Source: Paraglomus brasilianum (taxonomy: Eukaryota). Taken from it: DNA of 41,242 nt. Shown piece by piece: positions 1-10,437 of this stretch. The position numbers and the translations under genes were made by a program. Numbering within the stretch: the stretch's first letter is position 1; the number at the start of each line of letters is the position of its first letter. The stretch lies in assembly GCA_910592345.1 (NCBI GenBank), contig CAJVPI010000223.1:1-41242 (forward strand), written 5' to 3'. The notes beneath the pieces were generated by a model. The model was not told where the DNA came from. It ran no database searches and worked only from the letters and a program-made list of their open reading frames with translations.

Positions 1-276
1 AGTCTTTACCGACATTTCACATATGCATATGGACAGGACCCTGTAGGAAAAAATTATACCCTTGAAATAACTGATGGTGAAACGCTTGCAAATGATAAAG
101 TAATGGAATGTTTTGATTCATTAGAGTTATTTGGATGGTGGTTCAGGAAAGAAGGACCGACTATATACTTGTACTTCGATAACAAAATAAATTCGAGAAA
201 GGCAAATAATTGGGTGGAATCAAATCATCCGGATGTAAGGGTTTGGGAAATAGAGAAAAGAAAAAGTTGGTCATAA
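1..276 (+). CDS. 3' end of an unidentified protein-coding gene (partial, runs off the window)
   Basis: Frame 1 is open from base 1 to TAA at 274-276 (SLYRHFTYAYGQDPVGKNY...VWEIEKRKSWS*), followed by AT-rich sequence with AATAAA. No family recognised. Confidence 0.5.
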   Translation, partial: SLYRHFTYAYGQDPVGKNYTLEITDGETLANDKVMECFDSLELFGWWFRKEGPTIYLYFDNKINSRKANNWVESNHPDVRVWEIEKRKSWS

Positions 277-1020
277 TATTATTTATAGGTTCAATTCAAA
301 TTAATATTCTACCCTTAATATTACTAATACAATAAAAAAACGTGGATCATCTGTTCCGGAAATTTTTTTAAATGCTCTTCGAAAGAAAGCAGACAGGGCG
401 AGAAAGATTTATGATTTTTTTTTTTTCGTATTAGTGATGACAAAATTCAACGGATAGTATTCATCCAACGAATTAAACGTTTCGGCAACATCTATTTCAA
501 ATTTAAGTTCGGATAATATCAAATATGTAGCATCTCATGTTAGAAAGTATAAATACAATGGTTATGTGATGGCAGAATCCCGAGATCGAGCCATAATGGC
601 GCATTCTCGAAGTTTTGCACTTTTTTTTATATGTAGTATTGTAAGGCATTATGCTTATTAAATAAATAATTAATAATGTTTACCCATAATAGGTTTTATA
701 TTTTAACATAAATACGGGTAGTTGGGTGTGATGTACTTTGATCTAATTTTCTGTAGCTACGGCAAAGGGATATGTGGTCGCGATTCAATCGTGATTGGTA
801 CATTTTCAGAAAATCGGGTGATCCCCTTATCAATTATCAACAATTACTCCCATGCTTTTTTTTTCTGCGAAAGTATACGCTATTCGTCTTGAGTAGGACA
901 TTGGCTCTAGGAATTCTTTATTTCTATCACTCTCGTCGAATAGTGTCGTTTTTGATTTCTCCGCCTAATTAATAATAAATATACTGTTCGTCATTCGTAA
1001 GCAAAGCCAAGAATAAACGC

Positions 1021-1070
1021 ATCTGACATATGTCCATTTGGAATGGACATAAATTCCAAATGGACATACA
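1021..1070. mobile_element. solo terminal inverted repeat of the Ginger-like family at 22611-24745
   Basis: The reverse complement (tgtatgtccatttggaatttatgtccattccaaatggacatatgtcagat) matches the left TIR at 22611 (tgtatgtccgtttggaatttatgtcattccgaatagacatgtatgtcagat). Ends in ACA at 1070. Confidence 0.75.
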
Positions 1071-1446
1071 ACACAATGTAACGGTAAGGCGACACCATTC
1101 GCAGTAAAAAAAATTGCCTACCTCTTCTCATTTGCAAAATCTTTTAACCAACCACTACGAAAGCCTCTAACCGAAACCAACGTAGGAAGCATGAAGAACA
1201 AGTAGACCCAGCAATAGAAAAAGATCTCTGTAGCGAAATATCCTACAAAAGTGAGTAAAGGGGTTTTAGCTAGTGACCGGACATATAAAAAACAAAGCTT
1301 GAAGTATAGGGGCAATTATCGCCTTTCGAGGGGCCGATTGAACCCTCCCTTGCAAAGCTTTTTTATTAAGGGCGTGGTTGCCAAATTATCATTATCTTTT
1401 AGCGAGGAGAGGTAGATTCGATAAGCTACTCGCTCAACCACTAAGC

Positions 1447-2299
1447 TATTAGATGATACTCAAACAGTTTTGGTGAAACGCCAGAATTATTTATTTCCGA
1501 GGTAAGTAATAATCGATAGTATTAATTACAGTGATATTTAATTTGACGCTGTATTTATTTTTATTTAATAGTTCAGAAATCATGTCAAGTGCATAATAAT
1601 AACCAATGATGGCATCCTTAAAATTTATGGAGTCACACAAGACCCAAAAACAAAAGAATACAACGATTGTTATGCAATATGCTAACAATGGTAATCTTTT
1701 GTCTTATTTGGAGCAAAATATTAACAAATTGACATGGTACAGGAAATTATGGTGTTTGCGAATGATCCGTGTACTATCCATGATGCAGGATTTGTACATT
1801 GTGATCTCCATGCCGGAAACATTGTTCTCGACGACTATGGCATTACAAAAAAAGAGGTTCAAGCAAGTAACTCATATCTTGGTCTCTCACGATCGGTGAA
1901 TTCGCGCGAGTCAACCGTTCGAGGCGTTTTACCCTTTATTGCACCGGAAGTCTTTCATACCGGCAAATTTACTCAGAAATCAGACATATATGCAGTTGGT
2001 ATTATTGTGTATTTGATTGCCTCTGGTAAACCACCTCTTAGAGATAGGCAGTTCGATAGAGATTTAATATGCAGCATTATGACCATTGATGCCTGATTCT
2101 GCACCAGATGAATACAAGAAACTTGCCGAGCGCCAGGTTGGCAAAGGGTGATAATTATGACAGCAACGTATGGAATGCCGTTTATCATAATAATGTAAGA
2201 CTTTTGTCACGTCTAGAGAAGGAGAGTAAATATTCTAGTAAGCTCTTACCTACAAGAGAATTACCTAAACCAAGAAATAGGATTCAGCTGCAGGTATGA
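1447..2299 (+). pseudogene. frameshifted tyrosine-kinase-like protein kinase pseudogene
   Basis: Kinase motifs are split over several frames: IVMQYANNGNLLSYL, IHDAGFVHCDLHAGNIVL, GVLPFIAPEV, KSDIYAVG. The DLG/DFG motif is degraded to YLG and the C-lobe is partly deleted. 5' boundary approximate. Confidence 0.85.
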
Positions 2300-3134
2300 A
2301 GACAAGAATTGCATTACGTGCTTAAAGTCAATTTTGTATACTGTATATTATCTGTTTTCTTCAAACGTTTGAATAAAAACTTGTGACTCATGGTTTATTT
2401 ATAGCTTATACGAACTTACAGTATTAATAAAGAGTAATTAGCACAAGATGTTGATGTAGTTTGCGTGGCGTAGGGTGTCGATTTTAAACTAAAAGGCAAG
2501 TACCTTTGACATGTCTTACGAATTCTTCCCCTCGATAAAAACTCATTACTGTTTTTCTTAGCATGACAAGATGAACACTTCAACATTTTGTGCAAGCGAC
2601 AAGCTGATAACAAATGCATACTATTTGGAACGTGTTGTGTTTATTTATCTCGGCTTATGCATATTTACAAAAAGGGAAACGCATAACGATCTAATTAACT
2701 TTCCACATTTTTTGTTAATTAACGAAAATTACTACAAATTTATGTGTACACAAATACGTGCTATTATTACGTTTGTCAAAAAACAGACATAGATGAAGTT
2801 ATTTACTACTTGCTGAGAAAACTATTAGCGTGAAAGTATTAGACATTTTCTACTGTTCTACATATAGCACAAAAATGAGGCAAAGCCATCGCTTGATATA
2901 TATATAGTACGTTTAGTGTTTTTCTTTTGCCATTATCAAATAAACTGTAACAGACATAAATTTGACAACCATCGTTTAACTAGACAAAATAAATTTTTAA
3001 ATTTTCATAGTCATTTGACAAAAGTGTAGCCACGTGAGATCAATCACATAGAAAGATTGTCCGTATTCCGCTTCCAAAAATAGTAGCGAGAGGTCGGCAA
3101 TTCCGCAAGACAATTTCTGGAAATGATCTACGGA

Positions 3135-4135
3135 TCAGCGGCGGAATTTTGGGGGTCGCTGTGTGAGTTTTTTTACTTGACCAAACCTAGCTTTCAACAT
3201 GTGATTTCCTTCACTCACAATCTCTGTTAGTTTTTTTCCATATACCATAAATCCAAAAATGCAAAAGATGCCGAATGCTCCATAGTGTAATCCGTATAAT
3301 ATATTGATATATTCATTTAAATACCAAACTAATTTTTCACCAGTCTGCGACATTTTGACTTTGTTTTTTCATAAGTACATGTCCTATTAATATAGACGTG
3401 ACAAGTACAAAGCACAGGAATAGACATGTAAAAAAGAGGTATGCAGTTGTGATTGCGCGGAGTTTGGAAAGGTAAAGTGTATGCTTATAAACTGGGTTTT
3501 TGGAGATAAAAACGTAGTCGAGGGATTGTTCTTAGTACACAAGCAAGGTATGTTGCTACTGATATAGCGCCGAAATACCAAGAGATATTGTCTATTAATG
3601 AGCGAATAAACTATTGAGATTGGAACAAGTTGTAAATTAGGATTATGGAAATAGCGATACGGGCTATATATACGTGGGTGAATTTAGATAAATGTTAGTA
3701 GGTGTTTGTTGTTCAAGAGCAATAGATTACCCAAATGCTTTTACTCAATTCAATTACACTTACATCTATTCTATAGTATTTGAATAAACAGAAATCCTTC
3801 CACCGCCAGAAATCCACCCGGCGTAAAAAATTTAGATTTGGAATTGCAACAGAGTTTCCAGGCTAGCAGCCATGTAGAGCGTAGAAAAATAACTAGTGCC
3901 AAATATGCAGATGTTTTTGTATATTACTCGGAAATAGCGTCTTTACAATCTGTTAAATCGATGAGCCATCTGTATTTATTATTGGATAATTAGCTATTTA
4001 TAACTTGTGGGATACACATAATTGTTTATTGATTATTTTAATGCGGTCGGCACCCCGATCTGAACTACTTACGGCAATGTGGAGGTCCTCAGATGAGTTT
4101 GTCTGTGGTGATATTATTGCATCTTGGATCCATTA
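3135..4135 (-). pseudogene. decayed multi-pass (7TM-like) membrane protein gene
   Basis: Manual minus-strand translation across GT-AG introns gives GPPHC / WLIDLTDCKDAISE*YTKTSAYLALVIFLRSTWLLAWKL...AVEGFLFIQIL* / RIAISIILIYNLFQSQ*FIRSLIDNISWYFGAISVATYLACVLRTIPRL / ILYGLHYGAFGIFCIFGFMVYGKKL. Successive hydrophobic helices with several in-frame stops and frameshifts. Confidence 0.6.
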
Positions 4136-6220
4136 TTTGACTTTTGTTCAACTCTTTTTTCTTTAGACTGCTTAATACTATGTATAGTTTGATCCTGTGC
4201 GTTTAATATTATTACTGGCTGTGATTTCGCAATACGCCCGCCCGATTGTTACTGGTAATTGTCTATATGTAACGTTGTCGTTATTAAGCTATTTTGCTTA
4301 TAGTTTAAAGCGAAAGTAATTCCCAATTATGGCGTATCTAATGTTCTTTTTCTAATACTCAATTTCATCGATCGCTAATCGAAAGCAATTGCTGCTAAAA
4401 GGGCGTAGGAGGATTCTTTATAAATAAAACTAAGAGGTACAATTATTACGGCAATTTTATTGTCACTATGTGCTTATATTCCTTTTACACTTTTGTTTAT
4501 ACTTCTTCATGTCGTGTAACATGACGCAATTTTTTGATGTATCGGAAGCTGGAAAGTTTTGAAAAATTGCTCAACGAATTCGAATTATTGAAGAAATCTC
4601 ACTATCGAAGTGCGTTGTTAGCTGTAGTCTGCATGTGGAAAGAACAAAAGTCAAGTCTATATATGCCTTGTAATATGTGAGTCAATTGTTAATATGTTTT
4701 ATTCAATTCGGAATTTTGTTCGGTCGTGATGGGCATCAATGCCAAGAGGAAAAAGACTTACCGGAATAGATTAAAGCTTTTCAGGGTGCACATTTTTTCA
4801 CAGTTGTTAATTTAGTTTAGAAAAATTTAAACGGTAATCTGATTAAACTAAGAAAATAATTGATAAGATAATCTGTGACAATGGCAAATTTAAACCTTTT
4901 CGGAGAGTAAGTTACACAATGTAGTTATATATAACTATAAATCTATAACTTTCTCATTATTGAACGCAAAAATCCTGGTTTAACCATTTTGGCGAAATAA
5001 TAGGTCTTGTTGAGCCAGAATGAGATTGTTACCCTTTATAATAATAAACACACATTCCTTCAGTAAAAACTTTCCAGCTCATAACTTATCCTATTTAGCA
5101 ATAAATTTACAGTCAATACCACTAATGTACCACCACTATACTGCATACTCTATTTTGTTAAATTATGTAAATGTATTTATTCGAGATAGCTTCATCTTTA
5201 ACATTTATTCAATGGATAAAGATAAGTAGTATAGTATGCGCGAACAGTAGAAACACAAAATATACCAAAGTCATCATTAGTAAGATAACGCAAAATCCTA
5301 CGTGAAATAGCTAGTATTTTATTGGAAGACTGGAAAGCATAATATTATTTGTATCAAACACTTATAGTATATAAAAAGGAATTGTTATGTAATTGTTCCA
5401 GATAATGTATACAAACAATCAGCGGCGAATTGAACAATAGTACGTAAAGTAATTTAAATTCCATGTCTACCTGATTTGAGCAAACTGTCGACTTTTTAAA
5501 AAACCGGCATGTCAAAACGTTGGCCTTTTAATTAGTCCGTGACTGGGGTCCAGCCCTGTCTTATGGCAACCTTTATCGTTAAAATGTCTACATATTCCCC
5601 AAGTATGACAATAGTTGTCAATGCATATTTTTTTCTATCATCATACAGGTAATATACCTAGAGAGAATGTTTCATAATGATTGATACAAAGGTGCAATTT
5701 AACAACGTCAAGGGGACAGCTCACAACAGTAAACAGGTTGGCTTGGGGTTGTGTTACGCAGTTAATAGGTAACCTCGGGTGTATTTAACCTACCACTTGC
5801 ATAAAAAAAGTGAACTAACTGATGTCTGGTTAATTATTTAAATAAATTTCGACCGTTTAACAAACTAGAGGTACCAGCAAGAGGACATAATGCTACTTAT
5901 AGAATGTTATGCGCTTAATGTTTACGCTTAGTTAAACCGTAAGCGTCCTGCATTTTCTGAATAAAGCATGACCTACGCCAAAACCAATTTGATAACTTCA
6001 GATATAACTTCAAATATTTATTACAAATTTTGCAAAACAAATAACAAACTATATTTACAACAACAACATTGATTACAGAAACATGCGGTAAAGATAAATA
6101 ATTTTTTCCATTAGAATGTCAAAATTAATACAATAAGTAATTATTATTAAAACTAGTACGTTTTCGAGCCGTCCGTGACGTTTGTAAGACTTATCGAGTT
6201 ACCAATTTAGTGGCTTTCGG

Positions 6221-6346
6221 TCACATAATCGAACAGTTGCTACCAGCTGGACCGTCATTTGGATTTGATCCGTAATTCGTAACCTTTTGAAGGGTTTCGA
6301 CAATAGCGGCGAGGATATCGTTAGCTTGAGCGTTATTTCCGTCCAT
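6221..6346 (-). CDS. 41-aa CAAX-terminated peptide, candidate lipopeptide pheromone precursor
   Basis: ATG at 6346, TGA at 6223-6221: MDGNNAQANDILAAIVETLQKVTNYGSNPNDGPAGSNCSIM*. CAAX = CSIM directly before the stop, an internal Asn-Tyr, CAACATG start context, many C-ending codons in AT-rich surroundings, and an upstream TATA box. Confidence 0.7.
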   Translation of the reverse strand: MDGNNAQANDILAAIVETLQKVTNYGSNPNDGPAGSNCSIM

Positions 6347-6506
6347 GTTGATCAGTTGTGTAGAGATGTGGTGTAAAGTGGTTTAAAAGTTGATTTTGTT
6401 GATTGTTTAATTGTTTGATTGATTTGCTTGTTCAATTTATTTGATTGACTTCGTTGGGCCTGCCTGCTTAGCAATGAGGAGAGAGGGGAAGATGCAAAAC
6501 TTGTGC

Positions 6507-6513
6507 TTATATA
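6507..6513 (-). promoter_or_regulatory. TATA box of the CAAX peptide gene
   Basis: TATATAA on the minus strand about 160 nt upstream of the ATG at 6346, followed by a CT-rich stretch and an A/C-rich leader. Confidence 0.5.
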
Positions 6514-7691
6514 GCTTACTTATGGTGCACGTATTTACACACACTAATATTGTCTTTAATTCAAACAATAGATATCAACCTTGCATATACGAGTTAAGTT
6601 ATCGAATTGGATAGACACACCTGTGACATGATACAATGCATACCCTGCTTTTCACGCATGCTGCAAAGCAAATCTTGCCGTGCATGTGATGCTTATAAAA
6701 TCATTTGATGTTCTTTGTGTTTCGGAGGTATTTCGGGGATGCGTAAGCAACTAATAATATTTTAACACAGTTTTGCGTTATCGCTGCTAATATATTTTCG
6801 CTAACATTCAAGGGCCGAGTTTTGCCGATAATAATCTATAAACAATTTTAACAATGCTATTTCCTACTACATTACATTCAGCATTATATTACCCTCACAG
6901 CCATCCCAAGGCAAAAATTTTGGACTAGTTACTTTGACCCTTAAGATAATAAAATAAATAATGTAACAACTCAATGATATTAACAATTGAAGCCAAAAAT
7001 TACTAGGACATTCTAATTTAGAAACTAATAACAGGACTTTCCTCACTATCATCTATGTCGTAGTTGGAATTAAGTTACCTAATCGATCTTACAAATATTT
7101 ATTAAAATTCAAACTTATTATGACTATTGGCTGTGATGCGGACGTTGAGAACGGAAATCAGAAACTCAGGGGCGATCGAGAAATAAGCAAAGAAAGCTGC
7201 AGAACAAGAATAAATCTTGTGGCGCACATAGCTTGACTCCCTTTAGAATAATCTCTTTTTGTACGAACCGATGCCTATAAAGCTTTACCACTATAAATGA
7301 AGCAAGTCACAACTAAGGACTGCTGGTTGTAAGAACTGGCTTTGCTTTGCCCGAGAAAAGAGAGTTATAAACATTCGTACGCATGGTTTTGAGATTATTA
7401 CGATAAGAACACGCACGATATTATTTTGCAACCTCCGCACACGGTCATCTAATTTGACACAGCGCAAATAATTTCCATTTAATGACATACGCTAGGCAAA
7501 GTCTATGAAGTTAAACACCATTGTGCAGTGCAGCATGAGCATAAAATTACTAGGCATGCATTCTGGGAAGTCTAAATGAAGGAACAAATGATAAAATGAA
7601 AACATACTAACTAGTACGAATGCATACTCTTGTCACACATATTGTCACACTAATGCTTTTAGCCGAGTTCGTTTGCTACTTATCATAAAAA

Positions 7692-9476
7692 ATGTTCAAG
7701 AAACTAGGAAAGCGAGCGCTTATCAGCGATTCACTTAAACGTGAAATATGTGCCTTTCATAATGATAACATGTTATGTACTCATGTTGAGATTGCGGCTC
7801 ATTTCAACGCTACGTATAATTTCAACATTGACCAGACAACCGTCAATAAGATATTAAATAAGAAAGATAAGTGGCATTATGCTGAAGGTGTGTCTAAAAA
7901 CGCTTTTAAGCATTATCGAATTAAAGCATGGATATTAAGCAGAAGGGGACATGCCTGCAGTACGCTTAAGAACTATGACAGGGCATTAAGCGATTTCAAA
8001 AGAGTGACAGAGATTGATCCAAACAATGCTTGTATTTTTAGAGCAAGAGGTACTATTTATTGCAAGATGAAGTATTATGACGTTGCATTAAATGATTTCA
8101 ACAAATCATTAAAGATTGAACCGAATGATGCTTGGGCGCTGAGAGAACGGGGAGAAGTCCATCGTTTGCTTTATAATTATGATAGTGCGCTAGAAGATTT
8201 CGACAAATCGTTGGAGATTGAACCCGATCACCCTTGGACATTGAGCCGAAGGGGAGATGTTTATTATAGTCTTGATAGATATGATGAAGCATTGAGGGAT
8301 TTCAATAGTTCATTGACGATTAAACCAAACCAAATATGGGCTTTGAACAAAAGAGGACATCTCTATTACTGGTTTGAACGGCATGAAGATGCGTTAGTTG
8401 ATCTTACAAAGTCGTTAAAAGCCAAGCCTAAGAATGCATGGGTATTAAGAACAAGAGGAGCCGTCTATTTTAATAATAAGCAGAATAGTGCTGCTCTAGT
8501 AGATTTCAGTAAATCATTGTCCATTGAACCTGATGATGCATGGACGCTAAGTAGGAGGGGCGAAGTTTACTGTGCACTAAAACAGTTTACTAATGCTATT
8601 AACGATCTCAATAGATCGTTGGAGATTGATCCTAATGATGCGTTTGCATGGAGTAGAAGGGGAGAAGTTTATTGCGCACTAAAACAGTTTGATAATGCTA
8701 TTAACGATTTCAATAGATCGTTCGAAATCGTACCTGATGATGCATTCACATGGAGTAGAAGAGGAGAAGTTTATGTTATGTGTCATGACTACGACAATGC
8801 ATTGAATTATCTCAACAGATCATTAGAGATTGAACCAAATGACGCATTTGCATGGAAGAAAAGGGGATTTGTTTATCGAATGCTTGAAAAGTACGACAAG
8901 GCACTGTATGATTTCAATAAATCTTTAGCGCTTGAACCGCAAGATGCAGTCTCATTGAGGATAAGAGGGTATGTCCTTTACTGGCTTGATCGATATGATG
9001 ATGCGTTGCTCGATTTTAACAAATCATTGGAGCTTGAACCAAATAATGCTTGGGCGCTGGCGCGCAGAGGGGAAGTTTATCGTATGCTTAGTCAATATGA
9101 CAATGCACTGGACGATTTTACGAAATCGTTGGATATATGCCCAAACGGCGCAGCGGCATTGAGAAGTAGGGGCGAGATCTATCGTATTATGTCAAAGTAT
9201 GAAGACGCATTGAGCGATCTTAACAAATCTCTGTCCATTGAACCAACTAATGCTTGGGCGTTGAGTTGCAGGGGATCCGTTTATTATTCGCTTGAACGAT
9301 ATGATAACGCATTGAGCGATCTCAATAAATCTTTGGAAATAGAACCTGATCATGATAATGGGTGGTCACATAAAGCAAGAGGAGATGTTTACCGCAAGCT
9401 CAATCGGTACGATGACGCATTGAGTGATTACAACAAGTCGTTGGATCTTAGTCCCCAACTAACGCATCTGCGTTGA
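7692..9476 (+). CDS. CENP-B/pogo(Tigger)-type N-terminal HTH fused to 15 TPR repeats (594 aa, intronless)
   Basis: Residues about 1-78 (KRALISDSLKREICAFH...HVEIAAHFNATYNFNIDQTTVNKILNKKDKW) resemble the first HTH of pogo/CENP-B/Abp1 transposases. The rest is 15 counted ~34-aa TPRs (AW.L.RRG.VY..L..YD.AL.DFNKSLEIEP). Confidence 0.9.
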   Translation: MFKKLGKRALISDSLKREICAFHNDNMLCTHVEIAAHFNATYNFNIDQTTVNKILNKKDKWHYAEGVSKNAFKHYRIKAWILSRRGHACSTLKNYDRALSDFKRVTEIDPNNACIFRARGTIYCKMKYYDVALNDFNKSLKIEPNDAWALRERGEVHRLLYNYDSALEDFDKSLEIEPDHPWTLSRRGDVYYSLDRYDEALRDFNSSLTIKPNQIWALNKRGHLYYWFERHEDALVDLTKSLKAKPKNAWVLRTRGAVYFNNKQNSAALVDFSKSLSIEPDDAWTLSRRGEVYCALKQFTNAINDLNRSLEIDPNDAFAWSRRGEVYCALKQFDNAINDFNRSFEIVPDDAFTWSRRGEVYVMCHDYDNALNYLNRSLEIEPNDAFAWKKRGFVYRMLEKYDKALYDFNKSLALEPQDAVSLRIRGYVLYWLDRYDDALLDFNKSLELEPNNAWALARRGEVYRMLSQYDNALDDFTKSLDICPNGAAALRSRGEIYRIMSKYEDALSDLNKSLSIEPTNAWALSCRGSVYYSLERYDNALSDLNKSLEIEPDHDNGWSHKARGDVYRKLNRYDDALSDYNKSLDLSPQLTHLR

Positions 9477-10437
9477 GAAGAAGAGGACTTGTTTAATATA
9501 TATAATTCGACGATGTATGGAGTTTCGTTGTTAGTCGTAAGGAAGAACTTGAATGCAGAGAAAAGCAAAGATGGAACCCAGATTAAAACAACGACAGAGG
9601 AACATGAAGAGAACGTGGCTGAATTTGAGGGCATAGAGGCTAATAATGGACAATGTGGAGTTAAAATGCGGGAACATTGATGTAGAAGGTATACGAATAT
9701 TCGGATGGAGGGAAACACTGATTGAAAATTAGAAGACCAAAAGAAGAGGGCAAGATTTTTCTTAGAAATGCAAAGTAATGTTACTACTCCATACGTCTAA
9801 TTTTATAATTTATCACAGATAATCGCAAGATTAATGACGGAAACTTGGTCGGGTGCCTGTGTAAGAGATATTGATAGTCATAATATAAGTAAGAATGCCT
9901 CGATAAACTAGGTGAAAGCAATTGCAAACAACTTGGTATGATATGTGCTGAATCAAGCCAATAATTGGTAGCAGTAAAAGAACTAAAAACTATTATATGG
10001 TTGTCATCATCGATCTTCACAATAAAACTAGGACGATAACTTACGTCAATGGCAGGATGTGAAACGCAAGAACAGAGTTATATTAAATCCAACCGTAATG
10101 GACAGACGTTTCAAGTGAAAAAGAAAAATAGAGAAATAAGAGTGTTTTTATGTGGCCTGTCTGAATCACAGCCAGCGAAGTTAATAAATGCGATAATCGA
10201 AGAAAGCATTTAGGGCTATTCCTATAAGTTAGTCATGTAAACTGCGGCATTTGGCTGAGCGGGACAACCCTTTCCCTGCCCTGTTACCATAACAATAGTA
10301 ATAATTTCCCGCTCTGCATCAGTACAGTAAATATTTTTAAAGCTCAAATCAGTGCGGTAATTGCTTCTTCACATGTAGCGCGCCGTTGTTAAAATACGGA
10401 TGTTTATGCTTTATTTGCAATGCGGCACCAAATTTAA

